From: an uncultured virus (IMG/VR IMGVR_UViG_3300013126_000020)
Taxonomy: Duplodnaviria > Heunggongvirae > Uroviricota > Caudoviricetes
Direction: 5' to 3' (one strand)
Length of the DNA stretch: 64,000 bases
Virus record (IMG/VR): IMGVR_UViG_3300013126_000020
Part shown: piece after piece, positions 1 through 9,076 of the stretch
Layout: each line of letters opens with the position of its first letter
How positions within the stretch are numbered: the stretch's first letter is position 1
Notes under the pieces: model-generated
The model's input: the letters and a program-made list of their open reading frames with translations, nothing else
Database searches by the model: none
Told to the model about the DNA's origin: nothing
Position numbers and translations under genes: made by a program

Positions 1-13
1 AGAGGTTATTTCA

Positions 14-595
14 GTGGCAAGACCAAAGAAAGTACAGGCGCCTCCAGCCCCGCCCCCACCGGGGCGGGATCGCATACCACCCCATGACCCACGTCGCAGC
101 ATCTACTTGTTCGGCGAAGTAGATACTGATATGACAAAGCACCTCGCCGAGCAAATGGCACACCTACTAAAGGAAGATAGCAAATCCCCTATTTGTGTAG
201 TTGTCAATACAGAGGGCGGTGGAGTCTACGAGTCTTTTGCCATGCACGACCTTATCCGTGCCTGCCCTGCTCCAGTGCACACCTATGGACTAGGTACCGT
301 TATGAGCGCCGGTACCATCATTCTTGCGGCAGGACGCAAGCGGTATGCCTACCCTAATTGCTGGCTAATGGCTCACGAGCCATGGTTTGTTGGCAGCGAC
401 CTGCGTGCTGGCGAGCTGAAATCAGACATGCTCCACAACGAGCGACTAAGCTCAGTATTCTACGGACTTTATAGCAAATACTGCCAGAAGCCGATAAATA
501 TCATCGAAAGTGATCTGAACGGTCGAACAATTTACTTCAGCGCGACCGAGGCAAAGAAGTACGGCTTTGTGGATGACATCGTCGACATTGAGTGA
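14..595 (+). CDS. clpP: ClpP-family protease subunit with Pro-rich N-terminus
   Basis: IYLFGEVD, VNTEGGGV, nucleophile VMSAG, MAHEP and FSATEAKKYGFVD match ClpP motifs; AGAGG SD before GTG. Confidence 0.9.
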   Translation: MARPKKVQAPPAPPPPGRDRIPPHDPRRSIYLFGEVDTDMTKHLAEQMAHLLKEDSKSPICVVVNTEGGGVYESFAMHDLIRACPAPVHTYGLGTVMSAGTIILAAGRKRYAYPNCWLMAHEPWFVGSDLRAGELKSDMLHNERLSSVFYGLYSKYCQKPINIIESDLNGRTIYFSATEAKKYGFVDDIVDIE

Positions 596-660
596 CTGCG
601 TCTGCGGCATACCCCGGACGCACTCGTGGCCAGTGCGTGTAAGCAAAGGATTGCCTAGCA

Positions 661-969
661 GTGAAACAAGCAGATCTCATCCTGGGTTGCCATGGCCGTG
701 AGGAGCACGGCATATGCCTTTGTGGCGGCACATCCTCGGCGATACTAGATTTGCTAAGCGTGCACCCCGCGGATAAAAAATTCCACGATTACATGTACAA
801 GCTCATGCGATTAGACCAGAGGCCGATTACCGATTATAATGCAGTAATAAGCACTCTGCAATTTCTAAGAGGGGCTTATCTGCCAGATAAACAATTTGAG
901 GTAATCGGTGAGTGGTTAAGGTTTCACAAGAGATGCGGAATCTATATGTACAGGAGTACGCTTGACTAA
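661..969 (+). CDS. hypothetical protein (Cys/His-containing)
   Basis: ORF fills the gap in a + strand operon and overlaps the next start; start uncertain. Confidence 0.55.
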   Translation: MKQADLILGCHGREEHGICLCGGTSSAILDLLSVHPADKKFHDYMYKLMRLDQRPITDYNAVISTLQFLRGAYLPDKQFEVIGEWLRFHKRCGIYMYRSTLD

Positions 970-1324
970 GCAAATCAGCACTACCAAACTGGCAGCGGCT
1001 TTCCGAAAACTACAGGACGCGCAAGAGCGAATGACTAGGCTCGCTAAGAGCTATTGGGCGTATTTCAAGTCTGATCCTGCAGGTTTTGAGATGGAGCCGC
1101 TTAATGCAGCGGCCGCAGAGCTAAATTCTATTTCATCAGCCGAGGGAGCACAGACTAGCGCGACACTGGCCCTAAACGGTCTGATGCATTTAGCATCCAG
1201 GGTCAAGGATCTTGAGGCCGAAAATAAGAGTCTGCGGCGTCGCCTGGAGAGGTTAGAGTCAGATGCAGAACGGAAGAGTCAAATTTCAGCAGAGCAACAC
1301 TCAGCTGAAGTCACTGCTGAGTGA
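962..1324 (+). CDS. hypothetical coiled-coil protein
   Basis: AGGAG SD upstream; heptad-like VKDLEAENKSLRRRLERLE. Confidence 0.65.
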   Translation: MTKQISTTKLAAAFRKLQDAQERMTRLAKSYWAYFKSDPAGFEMEPLNAAAAELNSISSAEGAQTSATLALNGLMHLASRVKDLEAENKSLRRRLERLESDAERKSQISAEQHSAEVTAE

Positions 1325-1835
1325 GCGCGCCGCCGAGAGCGCGTACAGCATGCTCGCCGCTCGCAAGACGCTGCAGTCCGGCAGCGGTAAGTTTACTCAC
1401 AAATGTAGCTGCCCAAGTCCGGCGCACAAAGGTGGCGGCGAGAAAACCGCCAGCTTTTATTTCAGCCGAGCAACAGGGCAATTCTTTTGCTTTGGGTGCA
1501 ATATTTACGGCAACGCTTTCGATCTTATCGCCATGCTTGGCGGCAGCAGCGAGACTGCGCTAGAGTCTGCAATCCAGCAAGGTCCGATAGCCATACCAGA
1601 TACTCCGAACATGCAAAAGCTAATCGGAGACCACAGTAGAAAGTTGATTAAGAAATGCCGGCAGAAGCTGGCTGCAAGCTACGGCACAGCCTCATGGGAA
1701 GTAGACTTTAAGTGGATGCAGAGCTTTTACGAGAAGCTTGACAAAATACTTCCAGATATGGAGTCTGAATCTGCAGAGCAGGTACATGGCAGGTTTCTTC
1801 AGTTTAACATGGAGCTAAATAGGAGATTCAAGTGA
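1263..1835 (+). CDS. stand-alone CHC2 zinc-finger protein (DnaG zinc-binding-domain type); true start probably ~1317-1350
   Basis: CSCPSPAH...EKTASFYF...FFCFGC...GNAFDLI matches the DnaG ZBD pattern; no TOPRIM domain follows. Confidence 0.8.
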   Translation: MQNGRVKFQQSNTQLKSLLSERAAESAYSMLAARKTLQSGSGKFTHKCSCPSPAHKGGGEKTASFYFSRATGQFFCFGCNIYGNAFDLIAMLGGSSETALESAIQQGPIAIPDTPNMQKLIGDHSRKLIKKCRQKLAASYGTASWEVDFKWMQSFYEKLDKILPDMESESAEQVHGRFLQFNMELNRRFK

Positions 1836-2998
1836 TAGGAATAATTGGAGACTGCCATCTTGGCGCCAGCCTCAAGGCGGGGACCAAAGACCCAGTAACC
1901 GGCATTCCAAGCCGGCTCGTGGACTATCATAATACGCTGCTTTTTGCAATTGAGGAGATTGCAAAAACGTGCGATACCATTGTGTTCACTGGCGACATCT
2001 TTGAGCACAGGTATCCGCACATGATTCAGCAGCAGATGTTTAGCAATGCCCTGCGCCGAGCACTTGAGCTTGGAGTAAAGCAGATTCACATTCTCATCGG
2101 CAATCATGACCAGCAGCGCACGGCAAGCACAACTACACTTGCGTACCTATCTGAGCTAAAGCTAGATAACATCATTATTCACGATGAGCCTAACACTGTT
2201 AGAATTGGAAATGACGCCCTGCATTTCTTTCCATATCGAGATCGCAAATACCTTGCTGCGCCCACATACGCAGAAGGCATTGCCGCTGCCGATGTCATCA
2301 TCGCTGGCCTGGCGGCTAATCGTGCCCCAGGCTCAAACATACTTATCGGGCATATGGCAATCGAAGGCACATTCTTTGCAGAGGAAGAAGCGGAGTTGTA
2401 CACCGACAACGAGCTAATGCTGCCAAAAGCCAGCTTTGCTCCATTTGATCTGACTATCATGGGGCATGTACACACTCCTGGCGTAGTCAGCACAAATCCG
2501 CAGATATATTACGTCGGCTCCCTTGAGAAGCGCGGGGCATTTGAGTCGCACAAGAAGCAGTACTGCGTTGTTGATTTGCAGAATCGCAGCGCCGATTGGA
2601 AGACACTGCCATGCAAGGACTTTTATGAGTTTGGCATCGGACTGCCAAAGACAGGCGTAGAACTCATGAGCGGGCTGCTTGCTCAGCTGGTAAAGCAGAT
2701 CGACTCAACAGATCTCACTGGGAACATTGCAAAGGTAGAGATATCTGTTTCTTCTGAAGATATCGGCCACCTAAACCCAGATGCAATCATGGCAGAGCTA
2801 CTGCGACGCGGTTGCTCGTTTGTGTATCCGCCATCGGTCTCCGTTAAAACCGAGCGTGCTCTTCGCAATGATGTGAAAGAGCTCGGCTCAGATACCGAAA
2901 CATGGTCGCAGTACATCCAGGGTCTTGTAACAGATAAGGATTTCGCTGCACAACTGATTGCAGTTGGCAACAGCATCATTGCCGAGGAGGAAGCTTGA
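1832..2998 (+). CDS. sbcD: SbcD/Mre11-like metallophosphoesterase nuclease
   Basis: GDCHLG, GDIFE, GNHD, GHMA, MGHVH, YVGS motifs; adjacent to an SbcC-like gene. Confidence 0.92.
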   Translation: MIGIIGDCHLGASLKAGTKDPVTGIPSRLVDYHNTLLFAIEEIAKTCDTIVFTGDIFEHRYPHMIQQQMFSNALRRALELGVKQIHILIGNHDQQRTASTTTLAYLSELKLDNIIIHDEPNTVRIGNDALHFFPYRDRKYLAAPTYAEGIAAADVIIAGLAANRAPGSNILIGHMAIEGTFFAEEEAELYTDNELMLPKASFAPFDLTIMGHVHTPGVVSTNPQIYYVGSLEKRGAFESHKKQYCVVDLQNRSADWKTLPCKDFYEFGIGLPKTGVELMSGLLAQLVKQIDSTDLTGNIAKVEISVSSEDIGHLNPDAIMAELLRRGCSFVYPPSVSVKTERALRNDVKELGSDTETWSQYIQGLVTDKDFAAQLIAVGNSIIAEEEA

Positions 2999-5007
2999 TT
3001 CCACTTAAAATGCACATGGTTAACTTTGGGCCATATGCCGACTCGGCGGTAGACTTCAACTTCAAGTCTGCCCTGATCGTCGGAGAAAACCTGAGTGTAT
3101 CGGGAGCCAGCAACGGCACAGGGAAAAGCACAATCTTCCAGGCGCTAACATGGGCGCTCACTGGCAGCTCCCGCTACAAGAACTCTAACTCGATTATTCG
3201 CGATGGAACCGATGCTGCGAAGGTAACTCTGCTGTTCGAGGCCGGCGGCGAGAAGTACCAGATCATTCGCGGCAGAAACCGCACGAACAAGCAAACCCTG
3301 GACTTTAATCGTGTACTGCCTGACGGCAAGATGGAGCCGGTTAAGGCAGATACCAACTCAAAGTTAGACGAGAAGATTGCCGAAGTAACGCGTGTGCGCT
3401 ACGACTCGTTTGTCAACACGGCTTACTTCGCACAGAACACTATTTCAGAATTCATGTACGGTACTAGCTCTGTGCGGCAAAAGCTTATCGCAGAGATCCT
3501 GGCCATGGATCGCTGGAACTCCTATGCGAAAAACGCTGCAGCCAAGCTATCAGAGACAGAGAAAGAGCTTGATATCTGTCGCTACAAACTTTCGATTTTT
3601 GGCAACCTGCCGGATCAGCGCATGCGGCTACAGGCCGAGCATGTCACCCTGAGTGAGCGAGGCGAGCGTATTTCTGCAGAGATTGCTGCCCTAGAGGCGG
3701 AGGAGGAAGGTCTGCGTGCGGTGGCTGCCGAGGAGGCAGCTGCGTTTCAGGCAGCTGCAACCAGGGCCGCTACGCAGCAACTTGTGGAAAACATCAGAAA
3801 ATCACTTGCAGACGCAGAAGGTCGCAAGGCGACGCTGGCCTCGCGACTTGCCGCAGTCCGATCCTCCATCGAGGCTATGGGCTCGCAGGTTCGCGAGATC
3901 GGACCACGTCCTGATGTTTCCTCATCAATTCTCCAGAAACTCGCCGAGCGGCGGGGCGAACTGGCGCTTAGTGGCCGCCGCATTTCTGCTATGGAAAAGG
4001 GGCGTTGCGAAACATGCGGGTCTTCCTGGCAGCATGATCACGCAGAAGAGCTCCGGCAGCTGCGTGCACAGGTCGAGGAGATGAAGTCCCGGATTTCGAT
4101 TGGTGAGGGCAAGCTGGCCGAGGCCCGAACTGCCGAGGCCCAGTGGGATGCCGAAAACTCAAAAGTTTCTGGTGCCAGGACGAGGCTTTCTTCGCTAGAG
4201 GCAGATGCCGTTTCTCTCGCGGCCGAGGGCTCTGAGATTGACGGCAGAATTGCTCGGCTTGCCGTGGAGTTGCAGTCTGCAGAGCAAAAGCTGGCGGCAA
4301 TCCCGGGATTTAGATCCGCTTCTGGTGCAGCCGGTCGCTTGCGCGAGACGCAGGCGCAGCTCTCCGCAGCTAGAAATCAGCACTCCGGAGTTGTTGCTGG
4401 CCTAAGCCAGGTACGGGCAAAACTAGACGTAATTGCAGCCCAGGAGGCCGAGTCTGGTGCGATGGCGGCTCGAGGCCAAGAGCTAGAGAAGGAGGTCAAC
4501 CTATACTCTGCTCTTGCCAAGCACTTCTCAAAAACAGGAATTCAGGCATCAATCCTGGACACCGTAATTTCAGAGATCGAGACCCTGAGCAACTCCTTCC
4601 TTAGCCGACTAAGCCACAAGCCATTTAGCATTAAATTTGTTACCCAGCGGCCGGATACAAAGGGGCAGATTAAAGAAACTCTCGATATCGAAGTGATCAG
4701 CCCGACTTCCACCAAGTACATCGAAGATCTCAGTGGTGGAGAGCAGTTCCGCGTTGGGTTCAGCGTTCGGCTTGCTCTCGCCGCAGTGCAGGCCCGCCGC
4801 CAGGGCGGGGAGCTGTCGCTCCTGTTGCTGGACGAGGTATCCAGCAGCTTAGACAAGGTAGGCGTAGAGACCTTCGTGAGCATTGTAAAAGAGCTGCAAA
4901 AGACGATGATCGTTATGCTAATTACTCACGACGACTCACTTAAGGAGCATTTTGATAATGTTTTAAGGGTGCGAAATGACGGACAAGTAGCGAAGATCAT
5001 TCAGTAA
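2995..5007 (+). CDS. sbcC: SbcC/Rad50-like SMC ATPase
   Basis: Walker A NGTGKST, coiled coil with CETC zinc hook, LSGGE signature, LLLDE Walker B, ITHD. Confidence 0.93.
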   Translation: MIPLKMHMVNFGPYADSAVDFNFKSALIVGENLSVSGASNGTGKSTIFQALTWALTGSSRYKNSNSIIRDGTDAAKVTLLFEAGGEKYQIIRGRNRTNKQTLDFNRVLPDGKMEPVKADTNSKLDEKIAEVTRVRYDSFVNTAYFAQNTISEFMYGTSSVRQKLIAEILAMDRWNSYAKNAAAKLSETEKELDICRYKLSIFGNLPDQRMRLQAEHVTLSERGERISAEIAALEAEEEGLRAVAAEEAAAFQAAATRAATQQLVENIRKSLADAEGRKATLASRLAAVRSSIEAMGSQVREIGPRPDVSSSILQKLAERRGELALSGRRISAMEKGRCETCGSSWQHDHAEELRQLRAQVEEMKSRISIGEGKLAEARTAEAQWDAENSKVSGARTRLSSLEADAVSLAAEGSEIDGRIARLAVELQSAEQKLAAIPGFRSASGAAGRLRETQAQLSAARNQHSGVVAGLSQVRAKLDVIAAQEAESGAMAARGQELEKEVNLYSALAKHFSKTGIQASILDTVISEIETLSNSFLSRLSHKPFSIKFVTQRPDTKGQIKETLDIEVISPTSTKYIEDLSGGEQFRVGFSVRLALAAVQARRQGGELSLLLLDEVSSSLDKVGVETFVSIVKELQKTMIVMLITHDDSLKEHFDNVLRVRNDGQVAKIIQ

Positions 5008-5010
5008 ACT

Positions 5011-5036
5011 GGGCCGGCTATCAATGCCGGCCTTTT
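5011..5036 (+). terminator. intrinsic terminator
   Basis: GGCCGGC-loop-GCCGGCC followed by TTTT after sbcC. Confidence 0.7.
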
Positions 5037-5069
5037 ACTGTGTAATTGAACATTGTTAAGGAGCGCTAC

Positions 5070-5387
5070 GTGGATTTGCTTGCATTTATGCAGCCAGAGA
5101 CGACAAACAGCTTGGCGGCAATCGGTACACTGGGTTTTGATGGAGCCCAGCGAGCAGCGTTGACACGAGCCGCGGCGCAGCCTAATCCTCGGGCAGAGGC
5201 TCTCCGATGCCTAAAACTTGCCCGCACATATCTAAAAGATGCAAGGGCGTTCAATTTTTCTCCAGGGCTACACAGCAGATACTTGCTGCTTGCAAGCTTC
5301 TACAGGATACTTGCTCATAAGATTTATTGGAAAGCGGGTTTCCGCAACGAACAGGTAAGGCACGGTTTTTTGAGGGTCATTAAATGA
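5070..5387 (+). CDS. hypothetical protein (GTG start re-assigned from 5046)
   Basis: AAGGAG SD 6 nt before the in-frame GTG at 5070; TGTAAT motif at 5041. Confidence 0.6.
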   Translation: MDLLAFMQPETTNSLAAIGTLGFDGAQRAALTRAAAQPNPRAEALRCLKLARTYLKDARAFNFSPGLHSRYLLLASFYRILAHKIYWKAGFRNEQVRHGFLRVIK

Positions 5388-6268
5388 GCATCTCAAGCCT
5401 TATCTTTCTGGAATCTGAAAATCAGTTGATTGCAGGATTTCCAGAAACAGTAGAAATTCTTTCATCAAATCCTGCAGCTATTATATATTTTACGACTGAC
5501 GGCAGCATCCCCGATCCGCTAGCCCAGGTGTATATAGAGGCAATTCGCCTCCCAACGGACAGCCAGCCATTTACTCTTAGCGCAGTCGCCTATGCAGACG
5601 TTGACGGGTACATGATTCCCGGCAGCATCCTGACCTACACCTGGTCACTTAATAATACGGCGTACTTTGAGCAAAGAAAGAGCCACAAGGCGGGTATCGC
5701 ATACATATATCCAGGTGGCGCCGACATACCGTACTGGTATGACTTCGAAGGGAATACCGCCACCTATCTGGATATTGATCCCAGCGAAATACAATTCTTG
5801 TTCTCGGATCGAGATTCTCAAGGGTTCCCACAGTCCAGCGACTATCACAGCGAGGTCACCGGAGTCGTAAATACGGACACGTCGTATCTCAGCACGCTGG
5901 GAGCCGATAACTTCAACCCGGATGCGCACATAATCCTTATTGACACCAGACCGGAGTCCGCTCGCAAACCATCCGTTACCGTTATTAACGGTCCATATAT
6001 GACCCTGAGAAATCCAGAAAAGTATTACCGAGGTATCGACTATCGCGCAGTTGACGGCTCAAATCATACGTCTGGTCAGCATATCCAGAGCTATTATAAC
6101 CGTAAGACCGGGACGCATGTGGCTTATTACTTTGACACCGTGGACGCAAAGTGGATCAAGTCAATCAGCCATGTTCCGGTGGAGCCGGACAAGGTCAGGC
6201 CACTGCCTGTCTATCAGAACCCACTAGTTTTCCAGTGGAATCTGTTTGGTAGATATAACACTTTCTAA
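5384..6268 (+). CDS. protein with N-terminal Fn3-associated/chitobiase-C-like beta domain, possibly virion-associated
   Basis: SSNPAAIIYFTTDGSIP...VYIEAI...FTLSAVA resembles that domain family. Confidence 0.6.
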   Translation: MSISSLIFLESENQLIAGFPETVEILSSNPAAIIYFTTDGSIPDPLAQVYIEAIRLPTDSQPFTLSAVAYADVDGYMIPGSILTYTWSLNNTAYFEQRKSHKAGIAYIYPGGADIPYWYDFEGNTATYLDIDPSEIQFLFSDRDSQGFPQSSDYHSEVTGVVNTDTSYLSTLGADNFNPDAHIILIDTRPESARKPSVTVINGPYMTLRNPEKYYRGIDYRAVDGSNHTSGQHIQSYYNRKTGTHVAYYFDTVDAKWIKSISHVPVEPDKVRPLPVYQNPLVFQWNLFGRYNTF

Positions 6269-6342
6269 GCCTGCCGTCTGCCGCAAATGCTGGGGACCCT
6301 CCTGTCTGGACAGGGACTCATCCCAAAGATTGGCGGTTAATT

Positions 6343-8289
6343 TTGACACTAAAAGTATCAGTAAGCAGCCTGGATACCTACGAAAGCTGCCCAAGGAAAT
6401 ATAGGTTCCAGCAAATCGACAAGCTCCCACGCAAGACCTGGGAGCATCTCGATGTAGGCAACTACGTCCACGAGGTACTGGAGCATTTTCACAAAGAGCT
6501 GAATGCAGATGCTAGCCAGCAGCCGGAGGCGCTTCTTAAGCAGATCGCCAAGAATACGTGGAACAAATTCTCTACAAAGATTAGCGCAGAAGGTATGGAG
6601 AAGAGCAAGGGCCTCCTCAAGTCATATCTTGCGCACGTTTCTTCCGAGGGCTGGCCAGATGTTCTTGCCACAGAAGATCGTTTTAGCATTCAGATTAACA
6701 ATGACCTGCTAATCCGTGGCGTTGTAGACAGGATTGATCGCACTCCGAACGGATATCAAATCCTGGATTACAAGGGTTTGGCTCTCGATACCCCCATTCC
6801 AACGCCGAGCGGCTGGACAACAATGGGCGACCTAAAGGTTGGCGACAAGGTGTTTGGCAGCGATGGTCAGGAGACGACCGTAGTTATCAAATCCGGGGTT
6901 CATAACCGGCCCTGCTACAAGATTACCATGAGCGATGGCTCTGACGTCGTATGCGACAACGTACACCTATGGCAGGTGTCTCTGGCAGGTTCAAAAATGA
7001 CGGACAAGAGCGAGAAAACGCTCGACGCAGATCAGCTCTTCGAGCTTTTCAGCTCCCTTCAGAAGGACCGAAGGGGGTCAATTGTGATAAAAAATCCTAA
7101 GCCACTTCAGTATCCAGAACAGGATCTACCTATTGATCCATGGGTACTGGGGGCCTGGCTTGGGGATGGGCATAGAAAAACTGGCAGCCTGACTGTCGGG
7201 GCCCAGGATTTTGACGACATGACTTCCATTGTCAGGGAGAAGTGGGGAGACTTCTCCGTCTCCAAGGAAAAGAAGAGGAATCCTAATCACAATGACGTTT
7301 TCACAGTTACCTTGACAAAGCCCCGGCATGATCGATGTGGATTTGGTCATGATCAGAGTTTGCATAAAGCTAATCATGAATCCGCGGACACATGCCTGAT
7401 ATGCTCGAATCGAACAAGTCGCCAGAGGAACGGCACCCTTGATCCTGAAAGGGATCCGGCAAGAACCAATATTCCACTGAGAGGCCTTTTGAAGGCAAAT
7501 AATTTGCTATACAACAAGCACATCCCGGAGATATATCTTAGGTCATCTGTAGCCCAGAGACTAGAGCTCCTACGCGGACTGATGGATACAGATGGTCACT
7601 TTTCATATAAAAAAGGTAGATGTGTATTCGTCTCATCAGACAAGGCACTTGCTCATAGTATCAGGCACCTGATAAAGACTTTTGGCATCTCTACACGGCT
7701 CTATGAGGCTGTAGATAAACATGGAAATAAGTCATGCCAGGTTGTGTTCTCTCCTGTCGGCATTAACCCATTTAGACTAAAGCGAAAGGCTGACCTGGTC
7801 GACGGACACGTATTCAAAGAGCCAAGGATGGCACTGGGAAGGCGCATTAAGGTTATGGAGAGAGTTGAAAGTGTTCCAACCCAGTGCATTCAAGTTGATG
7901 CGCCCGACTCCCTGTATGTTTGTGGCAATGGTCTAAACCTAACCCACAATACGGGAAAATCCTCCTATCTCGACAAATTCCAGCTGCAGGTCTACGGGAT
8001 GCACCTAAAGAACCTCTTTCCTGACATCCAGGAATACGATGGTGTCTACTTGGTACTGCCAGAGGGTCCCAAGAAGCTCAGCTACCGGATTACGCTGAGC
8101 GATATAGAAGAGGCAAAAGAGGACATTATCAAGACTGCTGAGCAAATCGCTACGGACAAGACTTGGGAGCCTAAGCCAACATTCTTGTGCAAGTATTGCG
8201 ATTATTATGACGCCTGCCCAGACGGCTGGGGCAAGGGCAAGAGCGGCGGGTCGGATTTGGTTAAAATCTCGGGCAGAAAGAAATTCTGA
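6343..8289 (+). CDS. PD-(D/E)XK nuclease (AddB/RecB/Cas4-like, four Fe-S cysteines) containing an intein
   Basis: SVSSLDTYESCPRKY, GNYVHEVLE, RGVVDRID, DYK|TGK, C-terminal CKYCDYYDACP. Confidence 0.88.
   Translation: MTLKVSVSSLDTYESCPRKYRFQQIDKLPRKTWEHLDVGNYVHEVLEHFHKELNADASQQPEALLKQIAKNTWNKFSTKISAEGMEKSKGLLKSYLAHVSSEGWPDVLATEDRFSIQINNDLLIRGVVDRIDRTPNGYQILDYKGLALDTPIPTPSGWTTMGDLKVGDKVFGSDGQETTVVIKSGVHNRPCYKITMSDGSDVVCDNVHLWQVSLAGSKMTDKSEKTLDADQLFELFSSLQKDRRGSIVIKNPKPLQYPEQDLPIDPWVLGAWLGDGHRKTGSLTVGAQDFDDMTSIVREKWGDFSVSKEKKRNPNHNDVFTVTLTKPRHDRCGFGHDQSLHKANHESADTCLICSNRTSRQRNGTLDPERDPARTNIPLRGLLKANNLLYNKHIPEIYLRSSVAQRLELLRGLMDTDGHFSYKKGRCVFVSSDKALAHSIRHLIKTFGISTRLYEAVDKHGNKSCQVVFSPVGINPFRLKRKADLVDGHVFKEPRMALGRRIKVMERVESVPTQCIQVDAPDSLYVCGNGLNLTHNTGKSSYLDKFQLQVYGMHLKNLFPDIQEYDGVYLVLPEGPKKLSYRITLSDIEEAKEDIIKTAEQIATDKTWEPKPTFLCKYCDYYDACPDGWGKGKSGGSDLVKISGRKKF
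6775..7950 (+). mobile_element. class-3 intein (392 aa) with LAGLIDADG homing endonuclease
   Basis: starts GLALDTPIPTPSGWTTMGDLKVGD, has CDNVHLW, TQCIQV and LTHN|T; LGAWLGDG and LRGLMDTDG endonuclease motifs. Confidence 0.9.
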
Positions 8290-8296
8290 GGCAAGC

Positions 8297-9076
8297 ATGA
8301 ACATCGACGGAACATATAAGGTTGGCAATAACAAGTATTTATACCTAAATAGCAAAACGGGAGAGGGGTTTGAGAAGCTAATTAGCCTAATGCGTGGCTT
8401 TCTGAATCACCAGCTAAATACCATGGAGTTCCCCAGTTTTGGCCGTGATGATCTCGAGCAGGAGATGCTGACTCTTGCGATGGAGGCGCTGCCGAGGTAC
8501 GACGAGACAAAGCCTGCGAATCTACTGACGTTCCTCCAGAACCACATCAAAAACCGTCTGATCAATATGTGCAAGTTCTTCTCACAGAAGAGGCGATGTG
8601 CAACCTATATTTCTGCTGATTCACAGAAAGTGCGCTGCAATTCCTGCAGGACTTTCTTCCGTGCAAAGCAGAGCCTTGAGGTGCTTACCTGCCCAAAATG
8701 TGGTGAATCCGCTGAGAAGCACAGTGGTATGTGGAAGTTCTACAACCTTATTGCGATCCCCGGTCAGATTGCCGTAGATGATAGCGATGCCCAGCTAGAG
8801 CAGGAGATCGATCCAGACAACGCTCAATTTACCGCAATAGGATGCGGCGGCGGGACGCTCACCACCGATCACGGGATTGATATTTTGAAGCTTCTAGGGC
8901 AGGAAGACGACGTAAATAGATCAATAATCAATCTAGTTTATCAGGGATACAGCCGTCAGGAAATAGCACTAAAGCTTGGGTTGACATCGGCCGTAGTAAG
9001 CAAAAACCTAGCCGAAGTTTGTAATAGGCTTAAGAATAAGATAACCGAGGACAGTAATGAATTTTCAGCTTTTTAA
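8297..9076 (+). CDS. sigma-70-like RNA polymerase sigma factor with central zinc ribbon
   Basis: region-2-like DDLEQE...ALPRYD...LLTFLQNHIKNRLIN; region-4 HTH YSRQEIALKLGLT; CNSC...CPKC between them; GAGG SD before 8297. Confidence 0.8.
   Translation: MNIDGTYKVGNNKYLYLNSKTGEGFEKLISLMRGFLNHQLNTMEFPSFGRDDLEQEMLTLAMEALPRYDETKPANLLTFLQNHIKNRLINMCKFFSQKRRCATYISADSQKVRCNSCRTFFRAKQSLEVLTCPKCGESAEKHSGMWKFYNLIAIPGQIAVDDSDAQLEQEIDPDNAQFTAIGCGGGTLTTDHGIDILKLLGQEDDVNRSIINLVYQGYSRQEIALKLGLTSAVVSKNLAEVCNRLKNKITEDSNEFSAF

Noticed and set aside
6343..8289. Cas4 as part of a CRISPR system
   Set aside because: No cas1, cas2 or array nearby; stand-alone Fe-S PD-(D/E)XK nucleases are common in phage replication modules
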